A DNA stretch of 11,546 nt, taken from Chloroflexota bacterium. Its GTDB lineage: Bacteria > Chloroflexota > Chloroflexia > Chloroflexales > Chloroflexaceae. The notes below the pieces were generated by a model that was not told where the DNA came from, searched no databases, and saw only the letters and a list, made by a program, of their open reading frames with translations. The translations under genes and the position numbers were made by a program. Where the stretch lies: NCBI GenBank assembly GCA_043752655.1, contig JAYUYB010000201.1, positions 1-11,546 on the forward strand, in the 5' to 3' direction. Below are positions 1 through 6,165 of this stretch, piece by piece; within the stretch, counting starts at the first letter, position 1, and each line of letters begins with the position of its first letter.

Positions 1-192
1 ATCTTGCGTGAGCGCGCTGTGAGCGCCCCGATGATCCTTGTCACCGCCTACGACTCGGTCGATGTGCGCCGCGAAGCCCGCGTCCTGAAGATCGACGCCT
101 ACCTCACCAAACCCTTCTTTATGGACGACCTGGTGGAGACGGTGCGCCGCCTGCTGCCCCAGGTTAGCGCCCGCGAGGTGAACGGGCCCTAA
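1..192 (+). CDS. Response-regulator receiver (CheY-like) domain, C-terminal fragment; the gene starts upstream of the window.
   Basis: Frame 1 is open from position 1 to the TAA at 190-192. The translation ...ILVTAYDSVDVRREARVLKIDAYLTKPFFMDDLVETVRRLL contains the conserved receiver-domain 'LTKPF' lysine motif and the alpha5 region. The track's M at position 4 is internal. Confidence 0.6.
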   Translation: MLRERAVSAPMILVTAYDSVDVRREARVLKIDAYLTKPFFMDDLVETVRRLLPQVSAREVNGP

Positions 193-212
193 GCGGGCAG
201 GGGCGAAAACTG

Positions 213-261
213 TTTGGACCGCGAAGGACGCGAACGTTTGGACCACGAAGGACGCGAAAGC
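213..261. repeat. Tandem direct repeat of about 24 bp, two copies (GTTTGGACCRCGAAGGACGCGAA), inside a GCGAA/CGCGAAC-rich convergent spacer.
   Basis: Read directly: gtttggaccgcgaaggacgcgaac followed by gtttggaccacgaaggacgcgaaag. Further CGCGAAC copies follow through about 295. Confidence 0.6.
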
Positions 262-285
262 GTAGCGAAAACCGCGAACGCGAAC

Positions 286-311
286 GGCGCGAACCCTATA
301 AGGTTCGCGCC
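286..311. terminator. Perfect 10-bp inverted repeat GGCGCGAACC-CTATAA-GGTTCGCGCC between convergent genes; candidate bidirectional terminator hairpin.
   Basis: The stem is a perfect reverse complement. It is followed on + by GTTTGTATAG (T-rich). It lies 3' of both the response-regulator gene (+) and the stomatin gene (-). Confidence 0.4.
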
Positions 312-376
312 GTTTGTATAGGCTGGGCGCCCATGAGGGACGCCCATACGGCATCGGTGGGATGTAAGTTAATGCG

Positions 377-1207
377 CTAATCGAGGCGCTGCGTGGGCGG
401 GGTGCGGGGCGGCAGGGGCTCGGTGGTGCCGTTTGGCATGCCGCTGCGGTTCGCCGCGTCGATCAAGGGTCGGATGATCTCGATCGGCAGCGGGAAGATG
501 ATCGTGCTGTTCTTCTCCACCGCGATCTCGGTGAGCGTCTGGAGATAGCGCAGCTGGAGCGTCACCGGCTCTTTGGCCATAATCTCGGCGGCCTGGGCGA
601 GGGCGCGGCTGGCCTGAAGCTCGCCCTCGGCGTGGATCAGCTTGGCCCGCTTCTCGCGCTCGGCCTCGGCCTGCTTGGCCATGGCGCGCTGCATATTCTG
701 CGGCAGCTCCACGTCCTTCACCTCCACGATGGTCACCTTGATGCCCCATGGCTCGGTCTGCTCGTCGATGATCTTCTGAAGCTTCTGGTTGATCAGGTCG
801 CGCTTGGCAAGCAGTTCGTCCAGCTCGCCCTGGCCCACCACCGAGCGCAGCGTGGTCTGCGCGATCTGCATGGTGGCGCGAATGTAATCCATCACCTTGG
901 TGACAGCCCAGTTCGGGTTGATCACCTGGAAGTAGAGCACCGCATTGACTTTGATCGTCACGTTGTCCAGCGTGATCACCTCCTGCGCCGGCACGTCCAT
1001 GGTGATCACGCGGGTGTCGACGCGCACCATGCGCTCGTAGACGGGCACCACCAGAAAGAGGCCGGGCCCGCGGGCGCCCATGAGGCGGCCCAGCCGGAAA
1101 ATCACGCCGCGCTCGTACTCGGGCACAATCTTGATCGAGGACAGCAGCACCATCAGGGCCAGAAAGGCCAGCACCGCGACACATGCTGCGAGCACAAGTC
1201 CATTCAT
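377..1207 (-). CDS. SPFH/band-7 family protein (stomatin/prohibitin-like, p-stomatin), 276 aa.
   Basis: N-terminal TM helix, then '[15 protein letters not shown]...[32 protein letters not shown]', which is typical of stomatin-type SPFH domains. C-terminal coiled-coil region [23 protein letters not shown] at 1205-1207 is preceded by AAGGAG, the reverse complement of 1213-1218, with a 6-nt spacer. Sits downstream of an NfeD gene, the classic operon partner. Confidence 0.9.
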   Translation of the reverse strand: MNGLVLAACVAVLAFLALMVLLSSIKIVPEYERGVIFRLGRLMGARGPGLFLVVPVYERMVRVDTRVITMDVPAQEVITLDNVTIKVNAVLYFQVINPNWAVTKVMDYIRATMQIAQTTLRSVVGQGELDELLAKRDLINQKLQKIIDEQTEPWGIKVTIVEVKDVELPQNMQRAMAKQAEAEREKRAKLIHAEGELQASRALAQAAEIMAKEPVTLQLRYLQTLTEIAVEKNSTIIFPLPIEIIRPLIDAANRSGMPNGTTEPLPPRTPPTQRLD

Positions 1208-1220
1208 ACCACGCTCCTTA

Positions 1221-1265
1221 GCCGATAGCCGATAGCCGATAGCCGATAGCCGATAGCCGATAGCC
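1221..1265. repeat. Heptanucleotide microsatellite (GCCGATA)x6 plus a partial copy. Reads as UAUCGGC repeats on the minus-strand transcript, immediately 5' of the stomatin Shine-Dalgarno.
   Basis: Six perfect tandem 7-mers read directly at 1221-1262, plus GCC. Lies in the nfeD-stomatin intercistronic spacer. Confidence 0.9.
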
Positions 1266-1272
1266 AGAGGAG

Positions 1273-1292
1273 GGGCGCGCTATAGCGCGCCC
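1273..1292. other. Perfect 20-bp palindrome GGGCGCGC-TATA-GCGCGCCC (8-bp GC stem, 4-nt loop) in the nfeD-stomatin intercistronic spacer.
   Basis: Self-complementary, read directly. Not followed by a U-tract on the minus transcript, so more likely an intercistronic structure or processing site than a strong intrinsic terminator. An adjacent CCGTCAAT x2 direct repeat at 1301-1318 overlaps the nfeD stop. Confidence 0.45.
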
Positions 1293-1313
1293 GTACAAGG
1301 CACCGTCAATCCG

Positions 1314-2768
1314 TCAATCCGGTTCCGCGAGCCGCCGCACGGTGAGGCGCAGGTCGTACACGCCCGTTACGCGCACCCACTCGCCGAGCTCCACCTCGCC
1401 CTCCTCGCTCACGGCGCGCCACAGGGCGCCCTCTACAAAGACAAAGCCCTCCGGGTCGAGGCGCTTGCGTACCTCGGCGGGCCGGCCAATCAGCCCCTCC
1501 TGGCCGGTGGCCACGGGCGTGCTGCGCGCGCGCACGGCCAGGTAGATCCCGAGGGCTGCGAAGGCGGCGACGCCGGCCGCCACAAGCAGCACGGCCCAGA
1601 TCGCAACCGCCACGCCTGGCGCCTGCGCGCTGTCGAAGAGTGAGAGCGAGCTTCCCACCAGCAGCGCGAGACCGACCACGGTAAACGCTCCATGCGAGGG
1701 GACGTACAAGTCCACCGCGATCACCGCGAAGGCGAGGATCAGGCCGATCACCGCCAGCCAGCGCACCGGCAGCGCCACCAGGCCCACAATCGCCCCAGCC
1801 AGGAAGATGCTCCCCAGCGCCGCCAGCGCGCCCACGGTGGGCGTGACAAGCTCGGCGTAGATGGCCATGCCCGCCATGACCAGGAGCAAGAAGACCACGG
1901 TGGGGCTTGCGAGCAGCAGTAGGATCTGCTCCCAAAGGGTTGGCTCCAGGGGCTGCGGGGCGCGCCCAAGCGTCTCCAGGGTGCGCTCCGTGCCGCCCTC
2001 TAGCTGTACCACGCGGCCCTCGATGCCGGTGAGCAGCTCGTCCATGTCGCGGGCCACAAGCTGGACGGCGGGCGGGTTGAGGGCAAGGGCCTGCTCGTTG
2101 TTGAGCAGCGCACCCTGGCGCACCGCCTGCTCCACCCAGGCGTCGCTGCGGCCACGGTCGCGGTTCCATGCGCCCAGGCGGTTGATCGTCTCGGCGCGCA
2201 GCAGCTCCTGGGTCTGGTCGCTGAGCGTTGGGTCGGCCTCAACCAAAGGGGCGGGCGTGCCGAAGCTCGTGTCGGGGGCCATGGCCGCCAGGTGGGCCGC
2301 GCTGAGCAGCCAGGCCCCGGCGGCGCCGCTGCGTGTGCCAGCGGGGGTTACGTAGATCACTACTGGCACTTGTGCGGCAGCAAGCTCGGCGGCGAACTCG
2401 CGCACGTCGCGCAGCACGGCGCCGGAGGCCGCGAGGCGCACGATCAGCGCCTCCGCGTCGGCGGCCTCGGCTTGCTGGAGGGCGCGGCGTAGGTAGCTCA
2501 CGCTGTAGCGGCTCACCACATCGGTGAGCTCCACGCTGTAGATCGGCCCACGGGCACGCTGCTGGGCTGCGGCGCTCTGGCTCCCAAAGCCTATGGCGAA
2601 GGCTATCAGCAGAAGCAGAAGGGCGGGGCGCAGCAGGATCACGGTTGGACTCTTGAGGCCCAGAGGCGGCATAGCAGTGACACGTGGCGGTTCGCTCATT
2701 TGTCGCATGATACCGCTTCTGGAGGCTGGCGGCAACAGCGCAGCGGTTCGACCAGCACGGGCCGGCAC
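1314..2768 (-). CDS. nfeD: NfeD-like membrane protein, long form: N-terminal ClpP/S49-like domain, multi-pass TM region, C-terminal OB-fold domain.
   Basis: Domain order matches NfeD1b/STOPP: signal/TM, then '...HLAAMAPDTSFG' (S49/NfeD-like segment), then about 5 TM helices, then C-terminal 'GLIGRPAEVRK...GEWVRVTGVYDLRLTV' OB-fold. Directly upstream of and co-oriented with the stomatin gene. The true start is uncertain: in-frame ATGs also occur at about 2708 (MRQM) and about 2672 (MPPLGLKS..., just before the hydrophobic signal-like segment). No obvious Shine-Dalgarno at any of the three, so a leaderless start is possible. Confidence 0.8.
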   Translation of the reverse strand: MPARAGRTAALLPPASRSGIMRQMSEPPRVTAMPPLGLKSPTVILLRPALLLLLIAFAIGFGSQSAAAQQRARGPIYSVELTDVVSRYSVSYLRRALQQAEAADAEALIVRLAASGAVLRDVREFAAELAAAQVPVVIYVTPAGTRSGAAGAWLLSAAHLAAMAPDTSFGTPAPLVEADPTLSDQTQELLRAETINRLGAWNRDRGRSDAWVEQAVRQGALLNNEQALALNPPAVQLVARDMDELLTGIEGRVVQLEGGTERTLETLGRAPQPLEPTLWEQILLLLASPTVVFLLLVMAGMAIYAELVTPTVGALAALGSIFLAGAIVGLVALPVRWLAVIGLILAFAVIAVDLYVPSHGAFTVVGLALLVGSSLSLFDSAQAPGVAVAIWAVLLVAAGVAAFAALGIYLAVRARSTPVATGQEGLIGRPAEVRKRLDPEGFVFVEGALWRAVSEEGEVELGEWVRVTGVYDLRLTVRRLAEPD

Positions 2769-2779
2769 GTCCTTATCAG

Positions 2780-2808
2780 ATTCTAAGCTTCGCTACGCTA
2801 AATCTAAA
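2780..2808 (-). promoter_or_regulatory. Candidate sigma70-type promoter for nfeD-stomatin: minus-strand -35 TTTAGA (plus 2803-2808), 17-nt spacer, -10 TAGAAT (plus 2780-2785).
   Basis: Hexamers read on the reverse complement of the AT-richer divergent spacer 2771-2860. The predicted TSS lies within a few nt of the 2768 ATG, which would make the mRNA leaderless or short-leadered. Confidence 0.3.
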
Positions 2809-2888
2809 CAGGTTTCAGGTACACTTAAAGTAGTAAGAGCAACGAGGCGCCCGCCGTCGCAGCGCTGCGGCAGATGATGGAGCAACCC

Positions 2889-3674
2889 ATGAACAACACC
2901 ATGAAGCTTGTCCTGGGCCTGATCGCTGCGCTGGTCCTTGTTGTCGGTGTGGTTGCCTTCTCGGTGCTGCGTACCCCGGCAGAAGCCACCGCGCCCCTGG
3001 AGGCCGTGCCCCTCGCCACTGCGGCGCCCGCCGCCGCACCAAAAGCCACTGCTGCTCTAGAGGCCACTGCCGCGCCAGAAGTCACTGCTGCGCCAGAAGC
3101 CACTGCTGCGCCAGAAGCCACTGTCGCCCCCGTGGCTGTGAGCCCCAGCGTGTTTCAGATCCTTCAGGAAGAGTCAGAGGTGCGCTTCATCATCGACGAG
3201 GTGCTCAACAACGCGCCCAAGACGGTGATCGGCTCCACCAACCAGGTGGCCGGCGAGATTTCGGTAGACCCCGCCGACCCTAGCCAGAGCCGGGTTGGAA
3301 TTATCCAGGTGAATGCCCGCACGCTCGCCACCGACAACGACTTCCGCGACCGCGCGATCAAGAACGCCATTCTTGGCACCGACCAGTTCGAGCTGATCAC
3401 CTTCGAGCCCACGGCGCTCACCGGGCTGCCCGCAGCGGGCGTAGTTGGCGAGCCCTTCAGCTTCCAGATGGCCGGCATGCTCACGGTGCGCAGCGTAACG
3501 CGCGAGGTGACGTTCGATGTGACACTCACGCCTGTGAGCGAGACTCGCCTGGAGGGTACGGCCACAAGTGCCATTCGCTACGCCGACTTCGGCCTGAGCA
3601 TCCCACAGGTGCCGAGTGTGGCCAGCGTGGCCGACGAGGTGCGCCTGGAGATCGACTTTGTGGCGGCGGGGTAG
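2889..3674 (+). CDS. YceI-like (polyisoprenoid-binding) domain protein with N-terminal TM anchor and an Ala/Pro/Thr/Glu-rich repetitive linker.
   Basis: C-terminal 170 aa match the YceI pattern: VRFIIDE...ISVDPADP...LATDNDFRDRAIKNAIL...FELITFEPTAL...GMLTVRSVTREVTFDVTL...YADFGLS...VADEVRLEIDF. Start chosen at ATG 2889 (MNNTMKLVLG...) because GGAG at 2879-2882 gives a 6-nt spacer. The longest ORF begins at ATG 2874. The stop TAG is at 3672-3674. Confidence 0.85.
   Translation: MNNTMKLVLGLIAALVLVVGVVAFSVLRTPAEATAPLEAVPLATAAPAAAPKATAALEATAAPEVTAAPEATAAPEATVAPVAVSPSVFQILQEESEVRFIIDEVLNNAPKTVIGSTNQVAGEISVDPADPSQSRVGIIQVNARTLATDNDFRDRAIKNAILGTDQFELITFEPTALTGLPAAGVVGEPFSFQMAGMLTVRSVTREVTFDVTLTPVSETRLEGTATSAIRYADFGLSIPQVPSVASVADEVRLEIDFVAAG
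3045..3134 (+). repeat. In-frame 18-bp tandem repeat, about 5 units (GCCACTGCTGCGCCAGAA; ATAAPE hexapeptide repeats), in the YceI linker.
   Basis: Units at 3045, 3063, 3081, 3099 and 3117 read directly. They encode ATAALE/ATAAPE/VTAAPE/ATAAPE/ATVAPV. Confidence 0.8.
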
Positions 3675-3682
3675 GCAGCCGT

Positions 3683-3763
3683 ATTATCCGCAGATTACAC
3701 AGATTACGCAGAACCGGGCCATGTACCCAAATCTGCGCAATCTGCGTAATCTGCGGATTGTTA
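3683..3763. repeat. Copy 1 of a palindromic REP/MITE-like element (81 bp) with internal CAGATTACR / ATCTGCG(Y)AA sub-repeats; lies between the convergent yceI-like and flotillin stops.
   Basis: ATTATCCGCAGATTACACAGATTACGCAGAACCGGGCCATGTACCCAAATCTGCGCAATCTGCGTAATCTGCGGATTGTTA. The left arm ATCCGCAGATTACGCAGA is the reverse complement of the right arm TCTGCGTAATCTGCGGAT (18-bp stem). Bordered by TA on both sides. A second copy lies at 6094-6165. Confidence 0.8.
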
Positions 3764-3769
3764 GTGGCG

Positions 3770-5764
3770 CTACTGCTCGCTGGTGCCTGCCACCTCCACT
3801 CCTCTGTTGGTGCTGCTGCCCAGGCGCTTGCGGATCTGAGCGCGCAGCTGGTCGGCCTCAGGGTTAGGGGCGGCTTTGCTATTGGCGTGCGCCGAGCCAA
3901 CCAGCTTCTCCGAGAGCAGCATGGCTAGCAGGCCCTCCATCAGGTTGCCGCCCGCGCCGCCCGCGCCGCCCACCACGATCTCTGGCACTACCGCCACGCC
4001 GGCCCGCTCGATCGCCTCGGCAAAGCGCGTGAGCACCTGCTGCGTTACCTGGAACTGCGGGCCGCCATAGGCGCGCACCTTCTCCTCGGTGGCCATGGCC
4101 TCCGCGATGCCCAGGCGGGCCAGCTTCTCGGCCTCGGCCTCGGCCAGGATGCGGATCTCGGCGGACTTCTGCACGGCGCGCTGATAGTCGGCCTTACCCT
4201 GGTTGCTCTGCACCGTGATGCTCAGCTCCGATTCGGTGAGGTTGGCCTGCTGCTTGGCCCGCGCCTCGGCCTCGCGCAGCTCGCGCTCCTTCACGGCGGC
4301 GCGCTCCTGGCGCCCGTAGGTCTCGATCTGCTCCTCGGCGATCTGGCGCGCCCGTAGCTGGGTGAGGATCTCCTCGATCTTGCTGTCGCCGCCGGACGAC
4401 GTGGGCGTGCCGATCAGCACCTCCTCCAGCTCCAAATTGTAGTGCTCGAACTTCTCGCGCATCTGCTCGCCGGAGAGCGACTGGATGTTGCTGCGCTCCT
4501 GGATGAGCTGGATCAGCGTGCGCTGCTGGCCGATATTCTTGAAGTAGGCCGCCACCATGGGGTCGAGGGTCTGCTCGACCAGGCGCTTCACATCGCCAAA
4601 GCGCTGGATCACCAGCGGCGCCTTGCGGTAGTCGATATGGATCACCACCGAGAGCGGCAGCGATGGCTCGAAGGCGTCCTTGGTGATCAGCGCGATCTCC
4701 GAGAGGTTCTCGTCGAGCTTGTGCGAGCCGATCTCGCGCCGGCTCCATTTTAGGATGATGTTGGTGGTAGGCACCATCACCACCTTGCCGGCGTAGGTGT
4801 TGAAGGCGTACTTGCCCGGCAGCAGGGGCGTGCTCCAGACACCGCGCCTGCCTTTGCTCACCAGCTCGCCGTGCTTGTAATCCTCGCCCGAGAGGTCGGG
4901 GCCGGTGTCGCCGGTGTAGCTCACCACCACGCCCACGGTGCCCACCTCGACCACAGTCTTGGGGATCAGCTCTACGGTGGCGAAGAGCCGGTTGATGTAG
5001 TACGTACCCTCCACGATCACGTGGAGCTGCCGCCCGCGGGTGCCGCCGGCGCGCAGGAAGGCGTCGGGGTCCTGAAAGTTATTGTGGTAGGTGAGCAGCT
5101 CGCTGGCATCGTCGCCCACGGTGGCGCAGATGATCTCGCCCTGGGCGAGCGAGGGGCCATCGTGGACGGTAACGACTCCCACAGAGTCGTCCTGGCCCTT
5201 GAGCACCACGGGGTGGAAACCGTCGCGCTCGCCGATGATCACGGCCATATGCCGGATAATCTCGTCCTCCTCGCGGCTGAGCGGCAGCGAGAAGACGCGC
5301 TCCTCGGTGATGACGACGAACTGAACGAGGTTGAAGGCGTAGGTGCCCTCGCGCAGGATGGCGCGCTGCGGGCCGCGTGTGCCACCGGCGGCCAGGAAGG
5401 CGGCAACATCCTGGAAGTCGCCGTGGGCCACGGTGGGCGCCAGGGTCTGCGTGGGGCTAAGGGGGCGACCGTCGCGGGCGAAGACGTAGCCGATCTTGCC
5501 CTGGGGGATCGTCACCAGGGGCAGGGTGTGGACGACATACTGAAACGGGGTGAACATGTGTAGGCCGCCACGCAGCACATTGGGCTGGTAGCCAGCCTCG
5601 CCGGCGAGGGCGATGAAGCCTGAGCGCAGCGAGCCCTTGCCGCTAAAGCGCTTCTCGACGATGCCGATACGATTGTTAGGAATGAAGCGGATCCAGCTTG
5701 TGAGCGCCATAAGGCCCACAACCAGTGCGACACCGGCAACGATCAGCGCAAGTAGCCCGGCCAT
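3770..5764 (-). CDS. Flotillin-family SPFH protein (YqiK/FloT-like): N-terminal TM, duplicated about 40-aa module, SPFH domain, EA-rich coiled-coil flotillin tail, Gly-rich C-terminus.
   Basis: SPFH core 'VPTTNIILKWSRREIG...LSEIALITKDAFEPSLPLSVVIHIDYRKAPLVIQRFGDVKRLVEQTLDPMVAAYFKNIGQQRT', followed by 'EIRILAEAEAEKLARLGIAEAMATEEKVRAYGG' flotillin-type repeats. The track ORF extends to 5812, but that start is a TTG (read from the sequence). I place the start at the in-frame ATG about 5762-5764 (MAGLLALIVAG..., a TM helix), which is preceded on the minus strand by GGAAAGAGG, a Shine-Dalgarno with a 9-nt spacer. Confidence 0.85.
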   Translation of the reverse strand: MAGLLALIVAGVALVVGLMALTSWIRFIPNNRIGIVEKRFSGKGSLRSGFIALAGEAGYQPNVLRGGLHMFTPFQYVVHTLPLVTIPQGKIGYVFARDGRPLSPTQTLAPTVAHGDFQDVAAFLAAGGTRGPQRAILREGTYAFNLVQFVVITEERVFSLPLSREEDEIIRHMAVIIGERDGFHPVVLKGQDDSVGVVTVHDGPSLAQGEIICATVGDDASELLTYHNNFQDPDAFLRAGGTRGRQLHVIVEGTYYINRLFATVELIPKTVVEVGTVGVVVSYTGDTGPDLSGEDYKHGELVSKGRRGVWSTPLLPGKYAFNTYAGKVVMVPTTNIILKWSRREIGSHKLDENLSEIALITKDAFEPSLPLSVVIHIDYRKAPLVIQRFGDVKRLVEQTLDPMVAAYFKNIGQQRTLIQLIQERSNIQSLSGEQMREKFEHYNLELEEVLIGTPTSSGGDSKIEEILTQLRARQIAEEQIETYGRQERAAVKERELREAEARAKQQANLTESELSITVQSNQGKADYQRAVQKSAEIRILAEAEAEKLARLGIAEAMATEEKVRAYGGPQFQVTQQVLTRFAEAIERAGVAVVPEIVVGGAGGAGGNLMEGLLAMLLSEKLVGSAHANSKAAPNPEADQLRAQIRKRLGSSTNRGVEVAGTSEQ

Positions 5765-6093
5765 GGTGAGATGCCTCTTTCCAGGACGGCCCAAGCAGGC
5801 GGGGGCAGGCAATGGCTATGGGTAGATGGCAGGCGCGCAGCACAGCTGGCCAGGGGCGATCATGCGCCTGGCACGGGCAGCTACGACACGGGGAAAGGGG
5901 CGCCCCGCCGAACACCACACAGCTCTGACCTATCAACCGCTTGTGGGCCGATGCGCAGAGTGTGCTGGGAGTGTTGGGGGGCCTGAAGGGGTCCTCGCGC
6001 TCTCAGCGCAGGGTGCCAAACGGCACCCGGAAGCTATTGTACACCTGGAGTCAAGAGGGGGCGCAACTGATGTAACGTCCGTGTGCCGGGCAT

Positions 6094-6165
6094 ATTATCC
6101 GCAGATTACGCAGAGCCGGGCTAGATACCCACATCTGCGCAATCTGCGCAATCTGCGGATTGTTA
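6094..6165. repeat. Copy 2 of the palindromic REP/MITE-like element (72 bp; lacks one CAGATTACA unit relative to copy 1), same orientation as copy 1.
   Basis: ATTATCCGCAGATTACGCAGAGCCGGGCTAGATACCCACATCTGCGCAATCTGCGCAATCTGCGGATTGTTA. Ends exactly on the TAA stop (6163-6165) of the DUF951 gene. Bordered by TA on both sides. Confidence 0.8.

Noticed and set aside
369-1184. Long antisense or alternative-frame ORFs overlapping real genes (for example 369..1184, 632..1228, 1306..2169, 1861..2355, 4194..4748, 4871..5563, 6618..7046, 7745..8176, 7887..8687, 7990..8464, 9160..9690, 10676..11224, 10725..11216).
   Set aside because: Their translations are Arg/Ala/Gly/Pro/His-rich low-complexity strings with no domain signatures, as expected for stop-poor off-frames in high-GC DNA. 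In every case the opposite or other frame encodes a recognisable, well-conserved protein.
2879-2888. Identical 9-mer GGAGCAACC upstream of both the yceI-like start and the acyP start.
   Set aside because: It is probably just a similar Shine-Dalgarno context (GGAG plus spacer). Only two instances exist, which is too few to call a shared regulatory motif.
3616-3867. ORFs 3616..3867 and 5826..6209, whose products share '...YYPQITQ...[13 protein letters not shown]...'.
   Set aside because: The shared peptide is just the translation of the two copies of the palindromic repeat element. Each ORF runs through a repeat and into antisense of a neighbouring gene, so these are not a gene family.
5771-5986. 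ORF 5771..5986 (71 aa) and 5613..5825 in the flotillin upstream region as possible small proteins.
   Set aside because: They overlap the flotillin N-terminus and leader in other frames and have Arg/Gly-rich composition with no motif. They are more likely non-coding leader sequence.
6036-6060. Minus-strand TTGACT hexamer near 6047-6052 as a -35 for flotillin.
   Set aside because: It sits only 7 nt from the nearest -10-like hexamer (TACAAT), so the spacing is incompatible with a sigma70 promoter. I kept only the -10 as a weak candidate.
3683-6165. Possibility that the repeated ~75-bp units are a CRISPR array.
   Set aside because: There are only two copies, 2.3 kb apart, with a gene between them. 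The units are long, internally palindromic, and built from sub-repeats. No cas genes are present.
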